A stretch of 56,217 bases of DNA from Peptococcaceae bacterium UBA5356 (lineage in GTDB: Bacteria > Bacillota > Peptococcia > DRI-13 > DTU073), in contig DHPU01000002.1 of the NCBI GenBank assembly GCA_002407935.1, forward strand, positions 40,937-97,153, read 5' to 3'. The notes below the pieces were generated by a model. The model had not been told where the DNA came from. It saw only the letters and a list, made by a program, of their open reading frames with translations, and did no database searches. A program made the translations under genes and the position numbers. This document shows positions 21,599 through 30,912 of this stretch, piece by piece (position 1 is the stretch's first letter; each line of letters begins with the position of its first letter).

Positions 21599-23137
21599 AT
21601 AAAAATCATTACACAAGAGCAGGGAAAAACGCCTCTTTACACAGCTTTAAAAAACTATACCAAAGAAGGAACAATTCCTTTTCATGTACCTGGGCATAAA
21701 CAAGGAAAAGGTAACAAAGAATTAGAGAAATTATTAGGATCAGCATGTCTGAAACTAGATCTAACCTGTATGGAGGATTTAGATAATATTTGTAATCCTG
21801 TTAGTGTGATTAAAAAAGCGGAACAATTGGCTGCTCAGTTGTTTCATGCAGATAATGCTTTTTTCTTGGTTAATGGCACGACTAATGGGATACAGTCGAT
21901 GATTATGAGTGTTTGTGAACCTGGTGATAAAATTATTATTCCTCGCAATGCACATAAATCAGCGATTGGTGGAATTATTCTTAGCGGAGCGGAACCTATT
22001 TATATTGATCCGGAGATAGATGATTTTATGGGTATAGCCATGGGTGTAACTCCGGAAACAGTAGCTCAGGCACTGAAAAATTATCCTGAAGCTAAGGCAG
22101 TATTTGTAATTAACCCCACTTATTATGGAATTGCTTCTGAGCTGCAGACAATCGTGAATATTGCCCATGCTTTTGGTAAACCGGTTCTTGTTGATGAGGC
22201 CCATGGAGCACATTTACAGTTTGATGCACGTATGCCGCTTTCAGCTATGGATGCAGGAGCGGATATGGCAGCGATCAGTATCCATAAACTGGGCGGTTCT
22301 TTAACACAAAGCTCCATACTGCTTCATCAGGGAAATTTACTTAATCCTCAAAGAATCAAAGCTGTGCTTAACCTTACGCAGACTACGAGCCCATCCTATA
22401 TCTTATTAGCTTCTCTAGATATTGCTCGTAAACAACTGGCTGAAAAAGGCGAAGAATTAATAGCCGGAACATATGATTTAGCGATGTGGGCACGTGCTCA
22501 AATAAGGAAAATTGAGGGACTTTATTTATTGGATGAGGAGATTTTGGGACAGCCCGGTTGCTGTGCGCAAGATCCTACGAAAATTGTGGTTAATGTAAGA
22601 GGACTGGGACTTTCCGGATATGAAGTCGAAAATATTTTAAGAAGAGATTACCATCTTCAGGTAGAGCTTTCGGATTTGTTTAATATTTTGGCCTTAATAA
22701 GCCTTGGTGATGATCGGGAGAGTCTTCGTAAATTAGTTAATGCTTTGCAAAAAATAGCTGATGGTAGAAGCGTGAAGAATGTCGTCAAGTATTCTTTGCC
22801 TTTGCCTACACTTCCTGAACTAATTGTTTCTCCACGAAATGCTTTTTATGCTGAGACACGAATGATCTCCTTTGATGAAGCTGAAGGTGAAATTAGTGCT
22901 GAAATGATTATGGCTTATCCGCCGGGGATTCCGCTTATTTGTCCGGGAGAACGAATAACCCATGAGATTATTGATTATGTTAATATCCTGAGAAAAGAAA
23001 AGGCTGAACTTCAAGGAACAGAAGATCCCACAGTAAAAGAAATAAAAGTCCTGAGTAACCATTTACTGGTAGCCCAAAAGATAGAAGCGGAAGATAAGCA
23101 GAACCAAGTGATGAATTATCCGCTAAGCTTAGCTTAA
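21599..23137 (+). CDS. Arginine/lysine/ornithine decarboxylase (fold-type I PLP)
   Basis: Open frame extends upstream of ATG 21770 with TPLY..PFHVPGHK; VNGTT, RNAHKS, DEAHGAH, SIHK, TTSPSY, YPPGIP; start put at ATA 21599 by inference. Confidence 0.88.
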   Translation: MKIITQEQGKTPLYTALKNYTKEGTIPFHVPGHKQGKGNKELEKLLGSACLKLDLTCMEDLDNICNPVSVIKKAEQLAAQLFHADNAFFLVNGTTNGIQSMIMSVCEPGDKIIIPRNAHKSAIGGIILSGAEPIYIDPEIDDFMGIAMGVTPETVAQALKNYPEAKAVFVINPTYYGIASELQTIVNIAHAFGKPVLVDEAHGAHLQFDARMPLSAMDAGADMAAISIHKLGGSLTQSSILLHQGNLLNPQRIKAVLNLTQTTSPSYILLASLDIARKQLAEKGEELIAGTYDLAMWARAQIRKIEGLYLLDEEILGQPGCCAQDPTKIVVNVRGLGLSGYEVENILRRDYHLQVELSDLFNILALISLGDDRESLRKLVNALQKIADGRSVKNVVKYSLPLPTLPELIVSPRNAFYAETRMISFDEAEGEISAEMIMAYPPGIPLICPGERITHEIIDYVNILRKEKAELQGTEDPTVKEIKVLSNHLLVAQKIEAEDKQNQVMNYPLSLA

Positions 23138-23151
23138 AGAAAGAGCTTTAT

Positions 23152-24081
23152 TTACTTTTTGTTAAAAATACCGAGAGTTTCGTATTCCTGATAACCAACT
23201 TGACCGGTTTTTTCTAATTGATGCTTTTTCTGTAGCTCTTTTACAGCTTTTTCTGTACCGGAACCGTATATGCCATCAGGTTTTCCCTGATAAAAACCTT
23301 TGCGTTTTAAGATTTCCTGAAGATAGGTTACTGCGGAACATTTATCACCAACGTTGAGTTTTTGGATTCCTCCTGCCATATAACCAAAAGGATTTCCCAG
23401 CACAATAACAGGTGTTTCATGTTTAATCCAGGGATAAATAGTTTCTACATCCTTATTAAACATGCGAAAACAACCATGACTGGCCATAGAGCCGATAGAC
23501 CACGGTTTATTCGTACCGTGAATACCATAGATACCCCAAGGAACATTTAAACCCAACCAGCGGGTACCGAAGCCTGTTCCCCAATTAGTGGCTTTATGAA
23601 TGATTTTCCAGTTACCAATAGGGGAAGGAGTTTCTGCTTTACCTATCGCTACGGGAAATTGAGCATAAGGTTGCTGATCATTCATGATAATCAGTTTGCG
23701 CCGAAAGGTATCAATAACAAGGCAAACCTCACCGGAAGGTGGGGCTATTTTTTTACGAAACGCTTTTTTTTCGGTAAGCTGGGCAAGTTTTAACCAGAGA
23801 TGGTATTTAACCTGTCCATCTATGGCCAGACCTGTCTCTTTTTGAAAAGCACTCACAGCTTTGGCTGTATCTGCATTATATGTTCCCGTTATTTTTCCTT
23901 GATAGTATCCTAAGTTAAAAAGTGCTTGCTGTAATTCCTGAATTGTAAAATGTTGATCATGAAGATCGTCACAACAACAATTTACTGGATTTTCTTGCGC
24001 GGATATGCTGGGGCAAATTAAGAGAAAAACGAACAAGAAAACAAGAAGCAATCGCCTTGTTTTGATCAAAAAGGTATTAAT
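23152..24081 (-). CDS. L,D-transpeptidase (YkuD) with two peptidoglycan-binding domains
   Basis: Signal peptide, two LQ..L...GYY/GFY.G..G.Y domains, YGIHGTN..SHGCFRM; start put at ATT 24081 after SD AGGAGGTG. Confidence 0.88.
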   Translation of the reverse strand: MNTFLIKTRRLLLVFLFVFLLICPSISAQENPVNCCCDDLHDQHFTIQELQQALFNLGYYQGKITGTYNADTAKAVSAFQKETGLAIDGQVKYHLWLKLAQLTEKKAFRKKIAPPSGEVCLVIDTFRRKLIIMNDQQPYAQFPVAIGKAETPSPIGNWKIIHKATNWGTGFGTRWLGLNVPWGIYGIHGTNKPWSIGSMASHGCFRMFNKDVETIYPWIKHETPVIVLGNPFGYMAGGIQKLNVGDKCSAVTYLQEILKRKGFYQGKPDGIYGSGTEKAVKELQKKHQLEKTGQVGYQEYETLGIFNKK

Positions 24082-24254
24082 AAGTTCACCTCCTTTGCCC
24101 ATTATTTTTTCACAAATATAAAAGGGTATACTAGTTATTCTATTAAAAGGGTGGTAACATTTCCCAGGAAATAAAAGAGAGGGTCTTAACACTTTCGTCT
24201 TAGTTCTCCTCATATAGTGTAATAAAGGATAAAGGAGTAGAGGAGGGAGTGTTA

Positions 24255-25112
24255 ATGAGTCTGGGACTAGTCCTTTCAGGTGGGGGTGTACGGGGAGGCG
24301 CACATATCGGGGTTTTAAAGGCTCTGCATGAAGCTCAAATTAAACCTATGTTTATTTCTGGTACAAGTGCTGGTTCCATTGTGGCAGGTTTATATGCCTA
24401 TGGTTATACTCCCGAGGAGATTCAGATTATTGCCAGAAGACTATCGAGAAGGAGTTTTGATGTAGATTACCAGGGAGTTTTTTCTTCACTTTTGAATATC
24501 TTTTTTTCCGGTCAGCCGTCTACAAGTGGACTTATTCGCGGAAATTATTTGGAAAGATATTTCTATAAATTAACGAAGGGTATTAAATTAAAGAATCTTA
24601 AAATGCCTTTAGCGATAACTGCCGTGGATATTAATAATACTGATATTGTCATTTTTACTTCATTACCTACGTGCTTTTTATGTAGAAATGATTATGTTTT
24701 TATTCATGATGCTACTTTAGCGGAGGCGATTAGAGCTAGTATTGCCATACCGGGTATTTTCCAACCTAAGATACTTAAAAAGATGAGATTGGTTGATGGC
24801 GGAGTTAGAGCAAATCTGCCTGTAGAGATTACACGTATGATGGGAGCACGTAAGGTTATTGCGGTAAATCTCAGTTATAATGGTAATCCGGTTCCAGGGG
24901 TGGATGATATTTTGGAAATTTCCCTTCAGGCGATTGATCTGATGATTTACCAAATTACCAGACCTAGCATTCAATCGGCCGATATTATTATTTCACCGGA
25001 GATTAATTATGTACACCAAGGGGATATTAGTAAAATTGATTACATCGTTAAATGCGGGTATAAAGCAACCGTAGAGTTACTGCCCCGCATAAAGCAGTTA
25101 TTATATAATTAA
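24255..25112 (+). CDS. Patatin-like phospholipase
   Basis: LSGGGVRG, GTSAG, DGG motifs. Confidence 0.92.
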   Translation: MSLGLVLSGGGVRGGAHIGVLKALHEAQIKPMFISGTSAGSIVAGLYAYGYTPEEIQIIARRLSRRSFDVDYQGVFSSLLNIFFSGQPSTSGLIRGNYLERYFYKLTKGIKLKNLKMPLAITAVDINNTDIVIFTSLPTCFLCRNDYVFIHDATLAEAIRASIAIPGIFQPKILKKMRLVDGGVRANLPVEITRMMGARKVIAVNLSYNGNPVPGVDDILEISLQAIDLMIYQITRPSIQSADIIISPEINYVHQGDISKIDYIVKCGYKATVELLPRIKQLLYN

Positions 25113-25182
25113 TGTGGTATGGTATAATAAAAGAGATTAAGTACTTAAGCGAATAGTATTAAAAAAATTAAAGAGGGATAGA

Positions 25183-26502
25183 TTGATGAAATTTTTGATA
25201 ACAACCTTTGGTTGTCAGGCTAATGAGAGAGATTCCGAAATAATGGCTGGTTTACTGCAAAAGCTAGGATATAAGTTGGCTAGTACTTTGGAGGAGGCTG
25301 ATTTACTTCTTTTTAATACCTGCTGTGTGAGAGAAAAGGCCGAAAACAAGGTTTTGAGCCAGGTAGGAGGACTTAAAGAATTAAAAGTGCAAAATCCCAA
25401 TTTGATTATTGGGATATGTGGCTGTATGGTACAGCAGGAGAAAATGATAGAAAAAATTCGTCGCCGTGCTCCCCATGTCGATTTAATTTTTGGGACACAT
25501 AATATTCATCAGTTACCTGATCTTATTATCGAGATACAAAAGATGAAGCAGCCGCAGTTTCAGGTTTTACCTGATCGGACAGAAATAGTGGAAGGGTTGC
25601 CTTCTCAGCGTCAGGTTCCTTTTAAAGCACTGGTGAATATTACTTATGGTTGTAATAATTTTTGTACATATTGTATTGTTCCTTATGTACGGGGGCGGGA
25701 AAAAAGTCGAACCCCGGAAGCTATTTTAGCGGAGATAAAAAAACTAGTTGCTGATGGTGTAGTAGAGGTGATCCTGCTTGGGCAAAATGTTAATGCTTAT
25801 GGCAAGACTCTGGAAAACGCCTGTTCGTTTGCGGAGCTTTTAAAGAAAGTAAACGATATACCCGGTTTAAAAAGGATTCGTTACCTGACTTCTCATCCAC
25901 GGGACTTTCAGCAGGAGTTAATTAAAACAATTAGCGGCTTAGCAAAAGTTTGCTCTCATTTTCATCTTCCTGTTCAAGCCGGTAGCAACAGAATTTTGCA
26001 AAAAATGAACAGGGGATATACTAGAGAGAATTATTTAAAGTTAGTGGCGGAAATTCGGAGAAGTATTCCTGAAGTCAGTATTACTACCGATATTATTGTC
26101 GGATTTCCGGGAGAAACGGAGGAGGATTTTCAGGATACGCTTAATTTAGTGGAAGAGGTTCGCTTTGATTCAGCCTTTACTTTTCTTTACTCACCTCGTT
26201 CTGGTACTCCGGCTGCTCAAATGACGGAACAAATACCGTTAGCAAGGAAAAAGGAACGCTTACAGAAATTGATGAATCTACAAAATAAAATAAGTTTGGA
26301 GATAAACCAAACGTTAAAGGGACAAGTTTTGGAGGTCTTGGTGGAAGGCTTAAGTAAAAAGGACAAAACCATGGTGGAAGGAAGGACAAGAACTAATAAA
26401 ATTGTGCTTTTTGCTGGTTCGGAAGAACTTATTGGTAGATTTGTGGAGATAAAAATTACAACTGCTCAGACCTGGGTTTTAAAGGGTGAACTTAATACTT
26501 AA
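25183..26502 (+). CDS. miaB: tRNA-2-methylthio-N6-dimethylallyladenosine synthase
   Basis: TFGCQANERDSE, NTCCVREKAE, GCNNFCTYCIVPYVRGRE, TRAM domain. Confidence 0.95.
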   Translation: MMKFLITTFGCQANERDSEIMAGLLQKLGYKLASTLEEADLLLFNTCCVREKAENKVLSQVGGLKELKVQNPNLIIGICGCMVQQEKMIEKIRRRAPHVDLIFGTHNIHQLPDLIIEIQKMKQPQFQVLPDRTEIVEGLPSQRQVPFKALVNITYGCNNFCTYCIVPYVRGREKSRTPEAILAEIKKLVADGVVEVILLGQNVNAYGKTLENACSFAELLKKVNDIPGLKRIRYLTSHPRDFQQELIKTISGLAKVCSHFHLPVQAGSNRILQKMNRGYTRENYLKLVAEIRRSIPEVSITTDIIVGFPGETEEDFQDTLNLVEEVRFDSAFTFLYSPRSGTPAAQMTEQIPLARKKERLQKLMNLQNKISLEINQTLKGQVLEVLVEGLSKKDKTMVEGRTRTNKIVLFAGSEELIGRFVEIKITTAQTWVLKGELNT

Positions 26503-26554
26503 GTTAATATTATTAAGGAAAAGTTAAAGATAAGCAGGAGGAGAAAAAAGAAGA

Positions 26555-29212
26555 ATGTTAGGTCAGACCCCGATGATGAAACAATACCAGGAAATTAAGG
26601 AGCAGTATACTGATACGATCCTTTTCTTTCGTCTGGGAGATTTTTATGAAATGTTTAGTACTGATGCACTTTTGGCTTCGCGCGAATTAGAGATTACCTT
26701 AACGGGCCGTGATGCGGGAATGGAAGAGCGTGTTCCCATGTGCGGCATACCTTATCACGCTGCTGATAATTATATTGCCAAACTGATTCAAAAAGGATAC
26801 AAGGTAGCGATTTGTGAACAAGTAGAAGATCCCAAGCTTTGCAAAGGAATAGTTAAGCGAGAGGTAATCCGAGTGATTACCCCGGGGACAGCTCTTGATA
26901 CTCAATTAATTCAGGAAGCAAGCAACTTTTATTTAGCGGCAATATTTACGGAGCAGCAGTCCTGGGGCTTAGCTTTTTGTGACGTTTCGACAGGGGAATT
27001 TTGGTTGAGCGAATTTAGTGGACCAGAAGGAAGAACGGTTCTTCAGGAGGAGCTATTAAGGCTTAATCCTGCGGAAATACTTTTACCGGAAAATGAAAAA
27101 GAGAACTATGCCCAAATCCTCAATCGTTTAGGTTTAGAGAATAGTACCTTGATTACAGCGTATAAACAGGAAGCTTTTAATTTTTCCGGAGCTTGCCAGA
27201 TTTTATACAAGCATTTTCGGGTAACGTCTCTGGAAGCTTTAGACTGTCAGAATAGACGAGAGGCAGTATCTGCTGCCGGGGTCATTTTACAATATCTTCA
27301 GGAAACACAAAAGTCAGCACCACAGCAAATTAACGCCTTGCAGATTTATTACCCGGAGGCTTATCTTGCTCTAGATGCGACCACTTTTCGTAATCTGGAA
27401 TTAACTAAAACCTTACGTTACGGGGAGAAAAAAGGTAGTTTACTAGACTTATTAGATAAAACAAAGACTGCCTGCGGGGCACGGCTTTTACAGCATTGGC
27501 TACAAAAACCTCTGACGGAGAAAAAGTCTCTGGAAAAACGCTTAGATGCAGTGGAAATCCTCACGCAAAACTGGTCGGAAAGGCAAAGCTTGCGCAGTTA
27601 TCTAGAAAAAGTTTATGACCTAGAAAGATTGATGACCCGCATCTTGTATGGGCGAGCAACTCCTAAGGAATTAACCGCTTTAAAAAACTCAGTAAAGGTA
27701 CTTCCAGACTTACATAAGTTGCTTAATGCTTTCCCTCAAGTAGAGTATCTTTGTGCCTTAAAGAATGACTTAGACCTTCTGGAGGATGTCTGGCTTACTT
27801 TGGATAGTGCTCTAGAAGAAGATCCTCCGCTTAACTTGAAGGATGGTGGTGTTATTAAGACAGGACATAACAAACAAATTGATCAATTGCGGGAAGTTAG
27901 TATTAACGGTAAAGAATGGATTGCCCGTCTGGAAAGTGGAGAGAAAGAGAAAACAGGGATAAAATCATTAAAAATTGGGTTTAATAAAGTTTTTGGTTAT
28001 TATTTTGAGGTGACCAAAGCTAACTTAAATCTTGTCCCGGCTTATTTCCAAAGAAAACAGACTTTAGCTAATGGGGAAAGGTATGTTACGGAGGAATTGG
28101 GGCGTTTAGAAAGTCAAGTGCTTGGGGCAGAAGAAAAGTTACTTTCTCTTGAAGCAGAAATATATGGGGATTTGTTGCGAGATTTGGGACAGGCTGCACA
28201 GCGTGTGCAAAAAACCTCCCAGGTTCTGGCTCAGATAGATGTTTTGCAATCTCTAGCAGAAATTGCCGTTCAGAACGCATATGTACGTCCCCAGCTTCTG
28301 GACAGGGAGGAAAAAAAGCTTTTTTTGGAGGACCTTCGGCATCCGGGGGTAGAAAAAATGCTTCCTGAAGCAGCTTATGTACCGAATGATTTACAAATGT
28401 CTGAGCAAATCGATTTTTATCTTATAACTGGGCCTAATATGGGAGGAAAAAGTACCTATTGTCGGAGTGTGGCCCTAGCTGTGATTATGGCTCAGATGGG
28501 CAGCTTTGTACCTGCTAAAAAAGCGATAATTTCCTTGTGTGACCGCGTTTTTGCCCGGGTAGGAGCCAGTGATGATTTACGTAGTGGGCAGAGTACTTTT
28601 ATGGTAGAAATGAATGAGGTTGCGAATATCCTTAATCATGCGACTCCTTATAGTTTAGTTATTCTGGATGAAGTGGGAAGAGGTACTAGTACCTATGATG
28701 GATTAAGCATGGCCTGGGCTGTTAGTGAATATTTAATTAAAATTATTACTGCAAAAACACTTTTTGCTACCCATTATCATGAACTAACACGTTTAAGTAC
28801 AGAGTATGAAAAAGTGGAGAATCTTTCTGTTTCTGTGCAAGAAAAAGGGGAAGAGATTATTTTCCTGCATAAAATCATTAGGGGGCCTGCAGATAAAAGT
28901 TATGGAATTCAGGTGGCCAGACTTGCTGGCTTGCCCTCCATGGTCATACATCGAGCCCAGGATATTTTAGTAAGCTTAGAAAAAGAAAAGGAAAATCATG
29001 AAGCGACCCATAATTTAATGTTAAATAACGATAAACCGGCTCAATTGCAGAAGGAAAAGGAAGAATTATTAAGGGCATATCAGCAATTGGAAGCTGCCCA
29101 TCGGCAATTGTCAAAAAATCTTTTGGAAATGGAATTATGTTCAATGACGCCCTTAGAGGCTTTAAATCAGCTTGACCAAATCCAAAAACAGTTAAAAAAC
29201 CAAGCTTTTTGA
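26555..29212 (+). CDS. mutS: DNA mismatch repair protein MutS
   Basis: TPMMKQY, FFRLGDFYEMF, TGPNMGGKST, DEVGRGTST, FATHYHEL. Confidence 0.98.
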   Translation: MLGQTPMMKQYQEIKEQYTDTILFFRLGDFYEMFSTDALLASRELEITLTGRDAGMEERVPMCGIPYHAADNYIAKLIQKGYKVAICEQVEDPKLCKGIVKREVIRVITPGTALDTQLIQEASNFYLAAIFTEQQSWGLAFCDVSTGEFWLSEFSGPEGRTVLQEELLRLNPAEILLPENEKENYAQILNRLGLENSTLITAYKQEAFNFSGACQILYKHFRVTSLEALDCQNRREAVSAAGVILQYLQETQKSAPQQINALQIYYPEAYLALDATTFRNLELTKTLRYGEKKGSLLDLLDKTKTACGARLLQHWLQKPLTEKKSLEKRLDAVEILTQNWSERQSLRSYLEKVYDLERLMTRILYGRATPKELTALKNSVKVLPDLHKLLNAFPQVEYLCALKNDLDLLEDVWLTLDSALEEDPPLNLKDGGVIKTGHNKQIDQLREVSINGKEWIARLESGEKEKTGIKSLKIGFNKVFGYYFEVTKANLNLVPAYFQRKQTLANGERYVTEELGRLESQVLGAEEKLLSLEAEIYGDLLRDLGQAAQRVQKTSQVLAQIDVLQSLAEIAVQNAYVRPQLLDREEKKLFLEDLRHPGVEKMLPEAAYVPNDLQMSEQIDFYLITGPNMGGKSTYCRSVALAVIMAQMGSFVPAKKAIISLCDRVFARVGASDDLRSGQSTFMVEMNEVANILNHATPYSLVILDEVGRGTSTYDGLSMAWAVSEYLIKIITAKTLFATHYHELTRLSTEYEKVENLSVSVQEKGEEIIFLHKIIRGPADKSYGIQVARLAGLPSMVIHRAQDILVSLEKEKENHEATHNLMLNNDKPAQLQKEKEELLRAYQQLEAAHRQLSKNLLEMELCSMTPLEALNQLDQIQKQLKNQAF

Positions 29213-29235
29213 GCTTTCTGACTGGAGGAATAAAG

Positions 29236-30912
29236 TTGGAAATAGGGATAGATATTGGGGGAACATTTACTGATGGGGTAGTTATATCCGGTCAGGAGGT
29301 TCTCAAATCAATAAAAGTTCCGACCGGTGCCGATCTTTCTCTTTCGATAGAGAGGGCACTTAAGCAAATAATGAAAGGGGTTAAACCTGAGCAGATTCAA
29401 CAAATTACTTTAAGCACAACACTAATGACTAATCTGGTTGTGCAAAATAATTTGGCTAAAGGAGGATTATTGCTAATTCCTGGGCCCGGGGCTAATCCTT
29501 ATCAAGGCAAATTTCCGTGTGTCTATAAAGTATTACGTGGTGGTGTTGATTACAGAGGTAGGATTATTGAGCACTTAGAGATGACCGAGGTTGAGGAGGC
29601 CTGTACTTACTTTTTGGGAAAGCAAGTTTCTCAAGTAGCAGTAGCTTGTAAATTTAGTCAAAGAAACCCGGTCTTAGAGGAGCAAATTATTCAGTATATC
29701 CAGGAAAAACATCCTGAAATAAGGGTGTTGGCGAGTCACAAGGTTAGTGGCCTGTTAAACTGGGTGCGTAGGGCTAATGGTGCTTATTTTACGCTTACGA
29801 CCAGGGAAGCTTGTGCTGTTTTTCAGGAAAACATTAAGGTAACGTTGAAAAAACTTGGCTTGCAATGCTCTGTTTTTATTTTAAAGGCTGATGGGGGAAC
29901 GTTACCTTTAGAAGTTTCGCTTCATTATCCTTTGGAAACAATCTTTTCCGGCCCTGTAGCAAGTACACTTGGTGCTTTGGCCTGTACGGAAGAACACATT
30001 ACTGCTGTGGTGATAGATATGGGAGGGACAACGACAGATATTGCCCTATTGCTGGATGGGAAACCGCTCTTGGCGGAAAGAGGGGCCTTTATTAATGATT
30101 ATCCCGTGCCTGTACGCTCCTTAGCTGTAACTTCGCTGGCATTAGGGGGCGATACCCCTTTGTTACTGGAAAATAGTCAGCTTGTTTTAGGAAAAAGGCA
30201 GGGACCCGCCTTATGCTTGGGAGGGCCGCTCCTTACAGTTACTGATCTTCTGGTTTATTTAGGATACAGTGATATTGCCTCTCCCCAATTAATCGCAGCA
30301 CAGGTAGAAAAAATGGCGTGTGCTTTACAGCTTACGCCCCAACAGTTTTCTGACCAGGTTCTTGCTTTATTGTGGGCGAAAGTCGAAGGAGAACTGGAAA
30401 AAATGTTTAAATCCTGGGAGGAAGAGCCGGCCTATCGCATTTGGCAGGTTCTTTCCACACAAGAAAACAGACCGCAAACGATGATTTGCCTAGGAGGGCC
30501 AGCCACAGGCTTGGGAGAATTCTGGCGAAAAAAGAAAGGCTGGAAGGTCATCATTCCTGCTTATGCCTCCGTAGCCAATGCGATAGGGGCCGCTTTGGCT
30601 ATCCCTACTTTAAAATTGGAGTTATTTGCTGATACGGAACGAAATACATATACGACCAGTGAGGGTGGAAGGCAAGGAGTTCTTTCAGCATCACTAAAGA
30701 ATACGGAAGAGGCCAAGGAATTTGCCTTAAAACTGTTTCGTCAAATAGCCAGGGAAAGGAATTTAACTGAGGACACAGCTTGGGAAACTCTTTATGAGGA
30801 AGGTTTTCATCTGGTACGTGGCTGGCAAACAACAGGTAAGATTTTCCAAATTGGGTTACAAACAGTACCTGGAATCAGAGCTTTTTTAAAGGAGGAAGCA
30901 CCTTATGTCTAA
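29236..30912 (+). CDS. Hydantoinase/oxoprolinase A-subunit family protein
   Basis: IGIDIGGTFTD, LSTT, KADGG, SGP, DMGGTTTD, GGD, ANAIGAA; TTG 29236 after SD GGAGG. Confidence 0.88.
   Translation: MEIGIDIGGTFTDGVVISGQEVLKSIKVPTGADLSLSIERALKQIMKGVKPEQIQQITLSTTLMTNLVVQNNLAKGGLLLIPGPGANPYQGKFPCVYKVLRGGVDYRGRIIEHLEMTEVEEACTYFLGKQVSQVAVACKFSQRNPVLEEQIIQYIQEKHPEIRVLASHKVSGLLNWVRRANGAYFTLTTREACAVFQENIKVTLKKLGLQCSVFILKADGGTLPLEVSLHYPLETIFSGPVASTLGALACTEEHITAVVIDMGGTTTDIALLLDGKPLLAERGAFINDYPVPVRSLAVTSLALGGDTPLLLENSQLVLGKRQGPALCLGGPLLTVTDLLVYLGYSDIASPQLIAAQVEKMACALQLTPQQFSDQVLALLWAKVEGELEKMFKSWEEEPAYRIWQVLSTQENRPQTMICLGGPATGLGEFWRKKKGWKVIIPAYASVANAIGAALAIPTLKLELFADTERNTYTTSEGGRQGVLSASLKNTEEAKEFALKLFRQIARERNLTEDTAWETLYEEGFHLVRGWQTTGKIFQIGLQTVPGIRAFLKEEAPYV

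Noticed and set aside
24082-24303. 74-aa N-terminal extension of the L,D-transpeptidase in the ORF track
   Set aside because: Overlaps the divergent patatin gene and would bury the signal peptide; strong SD lies at about 24086-24096
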